The notes beneath the pieces are model-generated. The model was not told the DNA's origin, ran no database searches, and worked only from the letters and a program-made list of their open reading frames with translations. From positions 11,222,001 through 11,286,000 of the forward strand of contig NC_087436.1 of NCBI RefSeq assembly GCF_036321535.1: a DNA stretch of 64,000 nt. Direction: 5' to 3'. The translations under genes were made by a program, and so were the position numbers. Below are positions 50,707-64,000 of the stretch, one piece after another. Positions within the stretch are counted from its first letter, which is position 1. Each line of letters opens with the position of its first letter. The stretch is from Camelus dromedarius. Its lineage: Eukaryota.

Positions 50707-52707
50707 GAATTGTCACTGTCACAAACTGATGAAGAAAACTCTTAGTGATAGCCGACAAATACTTTCAGCATCACTCTGCTCTTTTTGGCTTTGATTTGAT
50801 AAGGATTGCCCTGCTCCCAGCATCTACTTGGAGAGATATTAGCAAGCCTCACTCACTGGAGCTATGGCCAAAGCACTTTTATACTTCTTTACATGAGAAA
50901 TAAATGCTAATTATAGATAACTTCAGTCAGAAAACTAAAAAAAAAAAAAAAATTTAAATTTTAAATAAATAAATAAAATAAAACTGCAGCCCTATCAAAG
51001 TTTTCCTGCCTATTTAAATGTCACCCATGACTGAGTTTTGTTGGGCACTCAGCTTGCTAAAGGGTCATGGGGATGAGATTTCATGGACTGGAACCAAAAG
51101 GAAAGACTAAAAAGTTATGAGTGAGAACAGGAAAAAAAAATGCTTTGGTGATATTCAACTTTTTTCCGAGTTGTAACTAGCATTTCAGATCCACATGTGC
51201 TCCCTCAAAAATCTATGTAGAGCCAAGTCCTAATTAACGTCTGGAGAAGAATACAGTTTTAGTGTTTTACCAATTGTCTGCCTTCTTCAACCTTTCTAGC
51301 AATGCCATACTCACCTCAACCCAGAGGAAACACAGTCTGACCTCAACTTTCTTTTGCTCTCCAAGCAATCAGAAGCAGAGAACATACATTTTCAGCAAAT
51401 TCTGAGTTTGCTTTATGAGAACGAAGATCACAATAACTTCCAAAAAAAAAAAAAAAAAAAAGGAGGAAAACAGGGAGGTGTCAACTTCTCAGATAAAGAG
51501 ATACACTTAAGGTAATATTCCATGACGCTAAGAAATAGCCAATGAAATTACTCTTTTTTTTTTTTTTCTAGTTTCCCCTTCCAACTACTCTCATAGTTAC
51601 TTAAAATAAGTCTTTGGATAATCACGGTCACTTTCATATTTTTTTTCTGTAAAATTTGAGGATTTAATTGGAACTTTGCTATAAACTAACTATATAACTG
51701 TGTTCTTCTTAAAATTCTGCTGTGTGTTTGAGGTTGTAAATCAACTGTACTATGTGGCCCTGGGATGGAAATGAGGTTTCAGTGTGTTTTATTCTGTCCT
51801 GGCCCCCTTTCCTTTCAGGCTCCTCAGTCAGGCTTACTCCAGATCCCAGATTCTGGCTTTTCTTCCCTCTTCTTACCCCTACATGACAACTGGATCTAAA
51901 ACTGTCAAGTAGATTATCTGAGTTTTTCAAAACATGTAGGGCAAACGTGAATAGCACAAAACCATTCAGCACAAAGCAGCCATTTGATTCCCTTCTACAC
52001 GGCTTTAACAATACTTCCTCTTTGGGGTGGGGGGTGGACAGGAGATGGTGACAGCAGTGACCTGGGGGATTAGCTTGCTCCCTTCCCCGTTCATCCTTGA
52101 TTAGCCCTCCAGATGTCCCCCGATAGATCAGCTCCTTTGTGTGTCTCTTTGTACCCTTAAGAACTCATCTGCGTTTTACAAGCCCACTCTGTGTTCAGAT
52201 ACTAAAGCAATAGAAGTTCGTTTTGTGATGTGATTAGCAGCTTTCTGGCTGTAATAAGAATAGGGATGGGACTTAGGATACAAATTTGCATCTCCTTTCA
52301 CCTTCCCTCTGTGACTTGTCCACTTAAAGAAGGAAAGAACTGAAGGGAGGTAAGTATGGAAAACCATCTTTTTTTTTCCCTTCCAGTGAACGTCTAAAGC
52401 CAAGAGATTTCCATCACGGCTTTCCGTGTACAAATGTCCCTACATTCAGTGGGGCCCAGCAGGAGAGAGGAAGGATGCCCTATAAAGAGATCAAACCACT
52501 TCCCTTCAGTTTCTGAGTCATCACCTGATTGGAGGAAGGAGGTAACTCCTGGCAGGAATAAATAAAAACATTTTATGTGGGATATTTGTTGTTTTGTTTT
52601 GGGGTGAAGATTTTTTTCTTTTTCTTTTAAGGATATTTCTTTGGAAATACCCTCACAGTTTGCAAATAAGTATGTTATATGTTATAACAAAAAATTGAGA
52701 ACAACAC

Positions 52708-52912
52708 AGTGGCGTACTGGTCAATGGTGGGGACGGGCTGAAGGTGGGGAAGGGGAAGGAGACTGTCATGTAGTATTTGCCAGTTTCCATGGTATGAATA
52801 CCGTACCATGGCTGGTTTCAAGCTACCAACATGATGTCAGCTGGGCTCAGAGTTAGGAAGAGCTGTGACAGTAAGGACTTATGAGAGGCTATAAGTAACC
52901 TTCGACACCACT
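52708..52912. mobile_element. MER63-like hAT DNA transposon
   Basis: cagtggcgtactgg...gtatttgccagtttccatggtatgaatac...catggctggtttcaagctaccaacatgatgtca...caccact. Confidence 0.7.
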
Positions 52913-53042
52913 TGGACTACAATTAATGTTCATCGGGGGAGCAGGGTTTAAATAGAGCAAGTTATGTGTGTACGATGTTCTAATGCCACCTGCAACATTG
53001 TGCAATCATTAAAAGAATGTGATAGAGATTGCTAATTATAAT

Positions 53043-53512
53043 TGCCGAGGAGGAAGAAAACTTTCCTCTATCCTTCCAGGTTCTTCTGGCTGGTCTAAGA
53101 AAGAACTTGACAAGACAGATTAACAGGAGAAAAATCACGTTCAGTTTCATACATAGGGGACCCCACATATATGAGAGGTTTAGATACAGAAAGGTAAAAT
53201 GAGACCTCATGGGAGGACTAGGATGGGGGGCTGGGGCTTCCAAGGACAGGGGGGTCATTCACAGGACAATAAGAAGTGCGGATGTTGGGTTATTAAATGT
53301 TTTCCCATATAGATGGGGCCTTTTAGATAAAATTTATCTCTCATAGAAACTTTCTCCTGGGGGAAAAAAGAATCCTCGATTTAAACTCTTCTAGGTAGTT
53401 GAGGGAGAGGCAGTGGTTCCTCTTGAACCCACAAAGTCTCAGTGGCCTTTAGCTTAAAATAATCCTCAAGCAAAAGTGGCACATTTGGGGAAGTCACTTC
53501 TGAACCCCTACA
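53043..53512 (-). mobile_element. MER34-like ERV1 solo LTR
   Basis: Minus strand begins TGTAGGGGTTCAGAAGTGACTTCCCCAAATGTGCCACTTTTGCTTGAGGATTATTTTAAGCTAAAGGC, like the recalled MER34 5' end. Confidence 0.75.
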
Positions 53513-53552
53513 CTATTAATGCACTTACAGTGTGTATTATATGTATATATAC

Positions 53553-53963
53553 TGTAGTTTCCCCTGCTGTTACAGAGTAGAGCATTCCTATGAAACAATG
53601 CATCAGCCAAAATGGAGTAAAGTGAAGAAGCAGTGACTTTAGGACCTCTTGCTAACGAATGCACAAAATAAGTCAAGTTAAAGTTCAGACATTCGCAGAC
53701 GCAGTTCAAAGCTCAGGTGGCTTGGTGCTGAGAGACCCCTGACATGCTTTACAGGGAAAGTAACTTTGCAGTAACCAATCTGCTTTCCTGCCCAGTATAA
53801 CTTCATTGTTCCTGCTCCCTTCTGCCTGTAAATTCTCTTACCTTGGACAGCACTTCGGTGCACGCTTTTATCTGCTAGATTGAAAGCTGCCCGATTCATG
53901 AATCACTGAATGAAGCCAGTAAGATCTTTTAAATTTACTTAGTAGAATTTTGTTTTTTAACCA
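53553..53963 (+). mobile_element. Composite: Tigger-like DNA transposon piece (~53553-53735) followed by an LTR 3' fragment
   Basis: gtagagcattcctatgaaac...gtaaagtgaagaagca, then LTR-like aaccaatc...gctgcccgattcatgaatcactgaat...tttgttttttaac. Confidence 0.45.
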
Positions 53964-54435
53964 TATGCTCCTGAGTGAGTTCATAGCTATTGTAAAATCC
54001 TGGTTTTCTGGTTTTGACATTACATACGAAAAGGTACAGGAATAAACCAGGGCCCCTCAGAATGACAAAGGACAAAATAAACAGATCATGTTACACAAAG
54101 TTTTCTTGAGGAAACTAGAGATGCTTACACTGCAGAAAGGAAGACTCAGGGAGAGGCAGAGTTTTTCTCCAAATATGGAAAGATGTTTTTAATAAAAAAA
54201 ACATTTGTTTTTAAGGAACTAGATTTATTCTGGAATGCCACAAACTCAGAACTGGAAGCAATGGCTAGATATTTCAGACAGATACCTCATTATCTTCTTA
54301 GAAAATAATTTTATTGAAAATTTTTAAATTATGTGATTAATAATATATTTTAAAAATGTAAACCTGTTCAATGGGCTTCTTCATGATGAAATAAATAAAT
54401 AAATTTCTCCTTAGAAGAGTTGAGGATAATTATCT

Positions 54436-55046
54436 TGAAACAGAGCAGGACCCTGTCGGGCCCTCTGGGGTACAAATCCTTTCTGTCCCCTCCCACCCCT
54501 ATTTCTTGTTTGTAGGAAATAGGCTTCATTCAGCCTCCTTGACCTTCCCTGAGTTCCAAAGGGCAGATTCAAACAGTTGCTAATCAGGGAAGGGAGGGAA
54601 TGCAGACAAAGGGAGGAACAGTCCAGAAACAATAGTGCAGCCTCAGGGCAGGGTCCTGGTTCCTTCTCCAGGTATACACATAATAATATCTCTGAGTTCT
54701 TCTGCAGGGGAACTGAGACCCCCACCCAGGTAGAGGATAGTAACTCAAGCTGAGCACAAGATTATTGGAGCACCTCCCTGTTACCTCCCCACCGACCAAT
54801 CAGAAGAAAGTCTGACCACAGGGGAAGATAATGAAGACTCTGACCCCCCTCCTTTAAAAACTTTATTCTCCTTTTAAAAACTTTCATAGTCCAGCAGAAT
54901 CTTCAAAGTTGGTTTTTGGACACAAGTCTGCCTTCTCCCCGGGTTGCTGGCCTCATGAATAAAGTAATGTTTCCTTTCCATCAACACTCGTCTCTTTTGA
55001 ATATTGGCTTTCCAGCAGCGAGCTGGTGAACCTGAATTTGGTAACA
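54436..55046 (+). mobile_element. ERV1-class solo LTR (611 bp)
   Basis: TGAAAC...GGTAACA termini. Exact 4-bp TSD ATCT (54432-54435 / 55047-55050). CCAAT (~54796), TA-rich ctcctttaaaa duplicated, AATAAA at ~54958. Confidence 0.92.
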
Positions 55047-56059
55047 ATCTCTCTAGGATATTGCAAAAGAAGTTTGTCCACTGGGTCAAAAAGAGACTAA
55101 TAATTCTAAAGTAACTACCAGCCCTATAATTCTATGAAAAACAATGGCTTAGGCATCACTAGACCTATGACAAAGTTTCAATGATGAGAGAACAGGTCCC
55201 ATGGGACCCAGCATTTACCACCACAGCCATTTATTTTCCCATCCAGTCGTGAGATCAGTATGTTGACTGGGAGAATGCTGAGTTCTGATAATATCTAATC
55301 TAGGAAACACCCCACCACCCCCACCCCAAAAGCCTTTTTTAGGGTATCAGACCAACCCCGCAGCTCATATAAGCTGAGAACTCAAGACTTGAGTCTTATC
55401 TAAACCACAGACTGAATCCAGAATCCATCTATTCCAAGGAATTGAAACTCACATTATATCCTGAATTAAGGAATTCTTTCAAAATCAAAACAATTTAAGG
55501 GACAGAGAATCCAGCCCCACCAATTTTTGTCTCCTTATACTAAATATAATAATAAACAAGTAGTGTCCCATTTTTAAAATGTGAGTTAGGTATTGGAATT
55601 GCAGTGATGAAAGCAAACCAGTCATTTATTGTTGACTGATTTTTTTAAGTTACTGTTATCATTCAGGCTATGCTAATTAATGCCTGGGGCTAGCTGGACA
55701 TTCTGTAATTCAAGAGTTTTCTCTGAAAGCAGATGGAAAAGGTTGTGTAAACCCCCAGCAACTTTCAGTTCCTAGGCTTCTCCACTTCTTAGAGGGTCAG
55801 ACACCTGGGCAGTGTTAAGGTTCTTTTCCACAATTTCAGAATTGAAGGTCATTTGAGAATTTAAGTTAGAGGAATAAAAAGGCTCTGTGATGACTATATT
55901 TCTTTAGAAATGTAAGGACATGTCTTCCTTTTAGTATTTGTCAATGTAAAACACACTGGCCTTAGATCTTTCCACTGAGATCCAGCTTCAACTTCCTGAA
56001 TAAAATTAGTTTTTTCTTCCCCCAAAAAGGTTCCTCAGATGGCTTCAATAGTTAATTGG

Positions 56060-56830
56060 TTATATCACTAATTATCAGAATCAAAACTACAATGAGGTAT
56101 CACCTCACACCAGTCAGAATGACCGTCATTCAAAAGTCCACAAATGACAAATGCTGGAGAGGCTGTGGAGAAAAGGGAGTCCTTCTACACTATTGGTGGG
56201 GACGTAATTTCGTGCAGCCATAATGGAAAATAGTATGGAGGTTCCTTTAAAAACTAAAAATAGACTTAGCATATGATCCAGCAATCCCACGCCTGGTCAT
56301 ATATCTGGAGGGAACTCTAATTCAAAAAGATACATGCATCTCAATGTTCATAGCAGCACTATATACAGTAACCAAGACATGGAAGCAACCTAAATATCCA
56401 TCCACAGATGACTGTATAAAGAAGCTGTGGTATATTTATACAATGGAATACTACTCAGGCATAAAAAAGAATTAAATAATGCCATTTGCAGCAATATGGA
56501 TGGACCTGGAGATCGCCATTCAAAGTGAAGTAAGCCAGAAAGAGAAAGAAAAACACTATATGATATCACTTATATGTGGAATCTAAAAAAGGAAAAAGGA
56601 AGACACTAAGGAATTTCTCTGTAAAACAGAAACAGACTCACAGACATAATAAACAATCTTACAGTTCCTGAAGGGGAAGAGGGTGGGGAGGGATGAATTG
56701 GGAGTTTGAGATTGGCAAACATTAAGTAGTATATATAAAATAGATAAACAGGGAGTTCTTTCTGTATAGCATAGATAACTATATTCAATGTCTTGTAGTA
56801 ACCTATAATAAAAAGAATAAAAACATGCAA
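56060..56830 (+). mobile_element. Young L1 fragment (ORF2 end plus most of 3' UTR), abutting an older L1
   Basis: caaaactacaatgaggtatcacctcacaccagtcagaatg...; highly similar to 49686-50706. Confidence 0.93.
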
Positions 56831-58219
56831 TACTCAAAATTTTAATTCTAGGAATTCATCCTGAAGCAGTACACTATGGGTGCACAAAGATGCTTTATGA
56901 AGATGACCATTACAATAGCAAATATGAGAGTTAAAATTGGAAACGTAAAATGTACAAATATAGAAAATTATTTTAATAAATCATAAAACATAAAAATGAC
57001 AGATTGCTAAAGAGCTTAGAAAATGATCTAGACCTGTCATTTATTGAACATAAAAATCCATGTGCATAATTCATTAAAAAAGAAAAGATTTTATAATAGT
57101 GTAATCTTAAGTTTTTAAATACATGTTCATTTGCATAGCATAAAATTGGAGATAAATTTCACTAAAATGTCAGTATTGACTGGCTCTGAGTAGTCAACTT
57201 TCTGTTGATTTTTCCCTGTGTTTTCCATTTTTAATAAATACATATATTGTTCAATCCAAGCTATTGCTTTGAAGAATAGTATATGGGTGTGTATTTTACT
57301 GCACAAACTGAGGTGAAGGTCGTTGTTGACTTTGAAAACAGTTTGATCAGATGATGAATCTGAAAGGCTGTTTAGAATATGTTCATATATCTGCTGTTGG
57401 CTTTGAAATAATCCATTAGAAGCTGGATGGGTATACAATTCTCTGTTTATTTAAAAATTTTCCCATAATAAACAATCAAGTTTTTTTTAAAAAGGAGAGA
57501 AGAATGGATTCAAGAGAAAATGGGAAGAGAGAAACTGGAGACAAATCCTCTATAAAATATAGGCAACTCTTTCAAAAAATCTGTTTTAAAGGAGAGAAAT
57601 AGGATAGTAGCTGACAATATCTGAGATGCAGAAAAAATTCTTGAGATGGGAGAAAGTATCGTGTTTGCAAGTGACCCAGGAAAGAGGGGGAAAAATGAAT
57701 AATGCAGAAGAGATCAGGGGCCGGTTTCTGGAGGGATGGGTTTCATCGGGGGAGGGGGAGGAGGAGGCTTTATGACGCAGGTAGAATGGCAGGAAATAAG
57801 AGAGGGAAAGTCCAGGCCAAGATGACGGAGACTTTAATGCCTCTAGAGACTGGGATTTTGCTCAGCAGATTATGGGGAATCTTCAAAGGATTTTAAGCAG
57901 AGGAGTGGCATGTTAACTTTGTGCTTTAGATAACAACCATGGGATTTAGGTTAGAATGTGAACGGACCCCTTGTTGCTCAAGATTTGTTACTTCTTATAA
58001 CACATCAAAAACCTTCAATGTTCAAGTGAATTCTTTTGGAAGGAATTTCTTTTTGGAAAGCCTTTAAGTGCCAAAAAAATTAAGTTTGCATCGTAAAAGA
58101 GTATCAACATTCCTTGTGTCACTACACAATGGTCAGTGTTAGAGAGTGTCATCTTTTTTCTTTGTAACTTAATGAAGGAAAATGGTATTTAATCGCTGTT
58201 TTAAGTTCCATTTATTTAA

Positions 58220-58365
58220 ATTTTTTAAGCTTTTTTGGAGAGGGTAGGTAACTAGATTTGTTTTTTCTTTAAATTTGTTTTTAATTTTTGATGGAGGTAC
58301 TGGGAATTGAACCTGAAACCTCATGCATGCTAAGCAAGCTCTCTACCACTGAGCTGAACCCCGCC
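58220..58365 (-). mobile_element. Vic-1-type SINE
   Basis: ggaggtactgggaattgaacctgaaacctcatgcatgctaagcaagctctctaccactgagct. Confidence 0.9.
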
Positions 58366-59062
58366 TTTATTTAAATTCTAATGAAGGTAAACATTTCCAT
58401 ATGTGTACTCATTATGTGTATTTCATTTTCATTGAGTTGCTAGTAAACTTTATTGGAGTCAAAGTTGAAGTTGTTATGCAGTATGTTTTAATAGCTTGAG
58501 AAATCTCCTTAAGTTTACTTAAGAAACTGTTTTTGACTAGTTCTATTATTAGCCCAGAACTTCCCTCTCAAAAACATATTAAGCTCTTAAATCCATATAA
58601 AATGTTTAGTTTTAACTATCGAGACATAAAGCATAAGGAGCTTGAAACACAGAAAGCAAAACAGAACAAAACAAAACAAAAGAACACACACACATTCTCC
58701 CTTGCAGACAACATAGTCAGATCCCCTGGGAAGACTGCTCTGCTGCCCTCAATATAAATTATCTCAATGCAGACCTTCTGCTGGTGGCTGTGGAAAGCTT
58801 TTACTTCTGTCAAATATAAACACCACTTGTAAGCTTGAATTTTTTCAGGAGAGGACTATGCAGATATCAATACAGTATTAAGCAAGAAGAGAAAGTAAGG
58901 AAAAATCTGGACCTGTTTTGGGTTATTTGCAATTTAGGGATAAAGCTTTGGTACAGTCCTCAAAGATACTGAAATCATTGGTTCCCATTAAATAGCTATC
59001 TAAATGTCCCACAAGTGTTGGGAGCGAGAGGCAGGTTTAATAGGATATTTGTTGCTGTAGTG

Positions 59063-59542
59063 CAAGGATGAATAAACTTTACCCATAAAGGGCCAGAGAG
59101 TAAATACTTTAAGCTTTGCAGGCCACATGGTCTCTGTTGCAATCATTCAGTTCTCCTGTTGTATTGAGAAGACAACCACAGACAGTACGTGAATGAACAC
59201 AGCTGTGTTCTGATAAAACAATACTAGTGGACACTGTGGAGGGAGGGTATAGGTCAAGTATCAGAGAGCATGCTTAGCATGCACAAGGTCCTGGGTTCAA
59301 TCCCCAGTACCTCCATTATAAAAAAAAATTAAATAAATAAACCTAATTACCTCCACCCCCCCAAAACTATATTAATGGACATTAACATTAGGATTTCATA
59401 GCATTTTCACATGTCATGAGATACTATTCTTCTAATTTTTTCCCATTTACTTAAAAACGTGAAAATCATTCTTCACTTATAGATTGTATGAAAACAGGAT
59501 CAAGCCAGAGTGGCCCATGGTCTTGCAGTTTGCATATCTTTG
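59063..59542. mobile_element. MER58B-like hAT DNA transposon, split by a SINE
   Basis: taaagggccagagagtaaatactttaagctttgcaggccacatggtctctgttgcaa...ttttcacatgtcatgagatactattcttc...cagtttgc. Confidence 0.75.
59237..59367 (+). mobile_element. Vic-1-type SINE
   Basis: gagggagggtataggtcaag...atgcttagcatgcacaaggtcctgggttcaatccccagtacctcc. Confidence 0.92.
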
Positions 59543-61224
59543 CTATAACAGATTAATCATTAAAAATAATAATAATAATCAGCATTTCTGAAGAACCCTA
59601 AATATAAGCAGTCGTCTATTAGCCCAGATGTAGATGTTATAAATATTCTAGAAATGACAAACTTCAAAGAGCAGATGACCATATATACCTGAAAGTTGAG
59701 GGCAGTATTAAATTCAGCTATGCAAAAAATTCACAATTCACAAGAAGCCAGTTATTAAAAAAAAAAACTTGTTTACACATTCAAATACTTGTCTCTATTT
59801 ATGTATCTACTTGGCAACAAGGTTGATGGTAATGAACAAAGCTCCGGGAATGCCGTTCACTGCGATGATATGAGCTAGCTGTGTGATTTGGGGCAAATTC
59901 CTTAAACTTTCTTGACTTTACTTACTTATTATCTGTAAGGCCATTGGACTTGATTTTGCCTAAACTCCTTTCCAGCTATGTTTTTATGAAGTCTATTGAG
60001 TTACAGCATAAAGAATTTAACTGCACCTATATTCTTGGAATTTATAAGCCCTGAATTGAAAGAACATTTCAAAACCATGTTTGTCTTTGTTTCTTTTTGA
60101 CTAACTCCAGGATCTAGACAAGTACCTAAAACATAGTAGGGACTTAGTAAATGTGCTGAATTAGGTTGAAAACTATAAATTATCTCTTTATAAAACAATG
60201 TATAAAAAGCAACTAAGTTAATTTTTGATTTAGCAAATAATTTTGAAACAAAAATATTGTGTGTCAAGCACTGAAACTGGATAGGCATCAAAAGTAGCTG
60301 AGACCCACCTGACACTAACATTGTAAATCGACTACACTGCAATAAAAGATAAGAATTAAAAAAAGAATAAGAGTCAAAGACTTCAAAGACTTCAAAGACT
60401 TTCACACTGAAAAAAAAAAGTAGTAAGTCAACATTACTAGTCCAAGAAATTTCACATCCTGGTGGTCTTAATGGCAGAATGGGGTTGGTGGTAAATCAGC
60501 AAAACGTATTTACTGATGCCAATTTTACCTTCCATTTGCTTTTATAGCTCCAATATAAAGTAGAAAGAAGAGGGTAATCAGAAATAAGACACTGATTCTG
60601 TCTCTGATCCCTGTCTTCAGAAATGAATCAGTATCATTTGCTATCATTTGCTCTCTCCCTAACACAGTCACTTTTTCACATAGACACAAACACACACATC
60701 GTGGTTTTTCCAGTTCATGACCCTTTTTCACAGGTCACTTCTGACAAATGTTAAAAGGTTTGTCAGTTAAGTGAAGATTATTACATCAGTGAGGATGTCA
60801 GGTAGTGGAAAAAGGTATAATAAATAGAGAAGGGGTTGGCTCTGGATTATGAAGACTATCATTAATCTGTGAACATAACACTATCAACAGACTAACCTGG
60901 CCAGAGAGTAGCGATGGTCAGGGAAGTAGAATGTATGAGGGCTGCTGAGGGTGGTTGGACATAGAGCAGAAATCCTCTTCTCATTGCTCTGATGTTAATG
61001 ATGAAATAGTAAATAAGCAAGATCAAAACTAGAATGATTGAGAGAAAGGGGAAAGGTGTTGCAAGTTTGAGGGGTAATGAAATGATCACCTCTAAGCTAA
61101 TTCCGTTAACTGTGTCCTCACACATTTGTAAGTGAGCATTTATAATTCTTCACTGTGAGTTTAAAAAGTTGTTAAGGATATAATATCCAGTCTATTGTAA
61201 TGCAGACATTTTATATTATCTTTT

Positions 61225-62810
61225 AACATCTTTATTATGGTATGATTCATGTACAGTGAACTACACATACTTCAGATGTGCAATTTAATGAATTTTGATA
61301 GATGTATACACCAATGAGATCACTATCACAATCAAAACAACTAACATTTCCATCATTCCCTAAGAGGTGCAATTTTCGAATTCCTAATTTATCCCTTCCC
61401 ACCTCCTTTACCCTCTGGTAACCATAAGTTTGTTCTATGTATCTGTCAGTCTGTTTCTGATTTGTAAATAAATTCATTTGTGTCCTTTTCTTTAGATTCC
61501 ACCTATAAGCGATATCATATTGGTATTTTTCTTTCTCTTTCTGGCTTACTTCACTTAAAATGACAATCTCCAGGTCCATCCATGTTACTGCAAATGGCAA
61601 ATTTTCATTCTTTTTTATGGCTGAGTATTATTCCATTATGTATATATGCCACTTCTTCTTTATCCAGTCCTCTGTTGATGAACACTCAGGTTGCTTCCCT
61701 ATCTTGGCAGTTGTAAACAATGCTGCTATGAACATTGGGTTGGATGTATTTTTTTGAATTACTGTTTTTGTTTTTTTCAGATATATATCCAGGAGAGGAA
61801 TTGCTGAGTCATATGGTAGTTCTATTTTTAGTTTTTTGAGGAACCTCCATATTGTTTTCCACAGTGGCTGCACCAATTTACATGCCCACAACAGTGTAGG
61901 AGGGTTCCTTCTTCTCCTCATCCTTACCAACATTTCTTACGTGTGTTCTCTTTGATGATAGCCATTCTGACAGCTCTGAGGTGATGCCTCATTGTGGTTT
62001 TGATTTGCATTTCCCTGATGATTAGTGATGTTGAGTATCTTTTAACATGCCTGCTGGCCATCTGTATGTCTTCTCTGGAAAAATGTCTATTCAGGTCTTT
62101 TGCCCATTTTTTAATCAAGTTGGTTTTTTTTTTTGATGTTGGGTTATATGAGCTGTTTATGTATTTTAGATATTAACCTCCTGTCAGTCATATCATTTGC
62201 AAATATTTTCTCGCATTCTTTTAGTTTGTCTTTTCATTTTGTCAGTGGTTTCCTTTGTTGTTCTAAAGATTTTAAGTTTAATTATGTCCCTTTTGTTTAT
62301 TTTTGCTTTGGTTTCCTTTATTTTAGGAGACAGATCCAAAAAAAAAAATGTTGCTACGATTCACGTCAAAGACTATTCTTCCTACATTTTCTTCTAGGAG
62401 TTTTATAGTTTCCGGTCTTAGATTTTGGTCCTTAATCTATTTTGAGATTTTTTTTTTAAATTCTTTGTTTGTTGTTTTGTATATGCTGTGAGAAAATATT
62501 CTAATTTCATTCTTTTATGTATAGCTGTCCAGTTTTCCCAGCACCATTTATTGAAGAAACCATCTTTTCTCCATTGTATATTCTTGCCTCCTTTGTCATA
62601 GAGTAAATGACCATAAGTGCATGGGTTTATTTCTGGGCTCTCTATCCTGTTCCATTGATCTGTGTGTCTGTCTATGTGCTGCCCCACGCTGTTGTGATGA
62701 CTGTAGCTCTGTAGTATAGTTTGAAGTCAGGAAGTGTGATTCTTCCAGCTTCGTTCTTCTTTCTTAAGATTGTGTTGACTATTCGGGGTCTTCTGTAGTT
62801 CTATACAAGA
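61225..62810 (-). mobile_element. L1 (~1.4 kb of ORF2 3' region) next to an older L1 tail
   Basis: Minus-strand ORFs give L1 ORF2 peptides ([53 protein letters not shown]), separated by frameshifts. Confidence 0.95.
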
Positions 62811-62964
62811 GCATCCAAGTCCTAATGGACTTCAGTTTGAAAACACTGGTGCGCAGAGTGAGGGAACGGCTGACCTGGGCGGTGGGCCTTGGAGTGACCA
62901 GCAGCAGCAACGTCACCTGGAAACTTGCTAAAAATGCGAATCTCAGGCTCCACCTTAGACAACT

Positions 62965-63420
62965 GTGGTAGCCAAACTCCAAGATGGTCCTAACCACCCC
63001 TGTATCCTGATAGTAATACCCTTATTTAGTCCCAGGATACAGTTCTGCCCACTGACCTATGGAACCAATGGAGTAAGACAGAGGTTTAAAAGACTGCAGA
63101 TTCTGTCCCTCTCTCCTCTCTGATCACTTGATCTGTGAGAAACCAGCTGCCACAGAGAGTCTTACATGTCAGCAGCCCCAGTCTGGGAGGCCATCCCCCA
63201 GCCAACAATGTGACTGCAGTTTCACCAGATCCCAAGCCAGGGTCAAGCCAAGCTCCTCCCAGATTCCTGACTTGAAGAAATGGTATGAGGTTAAAATAAA
63301 AAAGTTTGCTGTAAAACACTAAACTTTGAAGTAATTTGCTATTAATAGCTAACATACCTACTGAGTCAGGAACTCAAGGTGGAGCCCAGCAGTGGAGCTC
63401 TGTGTAAGACACAAGTGATT
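62965..63420. mobile_element. MLT1-like MaLR LTR next to a MER5-like fragment
   Basis: tgtggtagccaaactccaagatgg...cccagattcctgac...aaactttgaagtaatttgctattaatagctaacataca-like end. Confidence 0.6.
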
Positions 63421-63913
63421 CTGATGTGAGTTAAAGTTTGACTGCCCCGGGGCTGGGGAAGCGTAGAAGGACTGCGCAGCAGCACCAAGAGCAGGTGAGG
63501 TCGTGTGCTGGTTCCAAGGGCATGCAGCTTCCTGGGACACAGTGGACAAGGGAAGGGAGGTGGCTTTAACCAGAGTTACTGTTTTTCCAGAATTATATGT
63601 CAAAGCAAGAAAGGAAAAGGACAGAGGGTCTGCAAAAGGGTGATTGTAATGCTGGGCCATGGAACATAAGCCGTGTAAGAAGAGAAGTGAAATGATGGGG
63701 TGACGGACTGTGAACACGGCCATGGAGGAAAAGCCATAGAGAGCTGTTCATTCACAGCTCTAGAAGAAGTCTAGAAAATAAAAGAAATAATTTAGGCAGA
63801 ATTAAAACTCTTTCCTGGTGGAACAGAACTCTATATCTCAACAAAACAAACTGTGGCTGTTCACCCTGGTTAGTTCCCAACTTTATGAGACTCATAGTAA
63901 GAAATACATTTCA

Positions 63914-64000
63914 GGGGGAGGGTATAGCTCAGTGGTCTATCATGTGTTTAGCATGCACAGGGTACTGGGTTCAATCCCCAGTACCTCCACTAAAAAAAAT
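63914..64000 (+). mobile_element. Vic-1-type SINE (runs off the window)
   Basis: gggggagggtatagctcagtgg...tagcatgcacagggtactgggttcaatccccagtacctcc. Confidence 0.92.

Noticed and set aside
60375..60401. (caaagactt)x3, and a 13-bp duplication gtaggaagacagt at ~20760-20790
   Set aside because: Ordinary slippage micro-duplications with no supporting context.
38600..64000. APELA/ELABELA, expected downstream from recalled human synteny
   Set aside because: No MRFQQ-like signal-peptide exon or CMPLHSRVPFP-coding sequence seen by eye; probably beyond the window. TBLASTN would settle it.

Overview
AT-rich, repeat-dense mammalian genomic DNA, most likely camelid (Camelus/Vicugna/Lama). That assignment rests on about 19 copies of a tRNA-derived SINE matching the Tylopoda Vic-1 family plus young artiodactyl-type L1 3' ends. 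The only supportable gene is the micropeptide gene SMIM31 (formerly lncRNA LINC01207) on the + strand. Its two coding exons (6766-6877 and 35335-35432) are joined across a ~28.5 kb GT-AG phase-1 intron and encode a 69-aa single-pass membrane protein: [69 protein letters not shown]. Neither exon appears in the supplied ORF track, whose entries are L1 ORF2 remnants or chance ORFs. The rest is intron, 3' UTR and intergenic DNA containing L1, L2, MIR, ERV1 solo LTRs (two with exact 4-bp TSDs), MaLR LTRs and DNA-transposon fossils. Notable oddities: a tailless 35-nt U2 snRNA retrocopy, a ~160-bp local inverted duplication in the SMIM31 intron, a SINE with an inverted B-box, a SINE with an apparent 3' transduction, a strong CTCF motif, and a doubled IR1 (FXR-type) element within an endoderm-type motif cluster. 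Repeat family names and the human SMIM31 comparison come from memory of consensus sequences, not a database search. Repeat boundaries are approximate unless TSDs are quoted.
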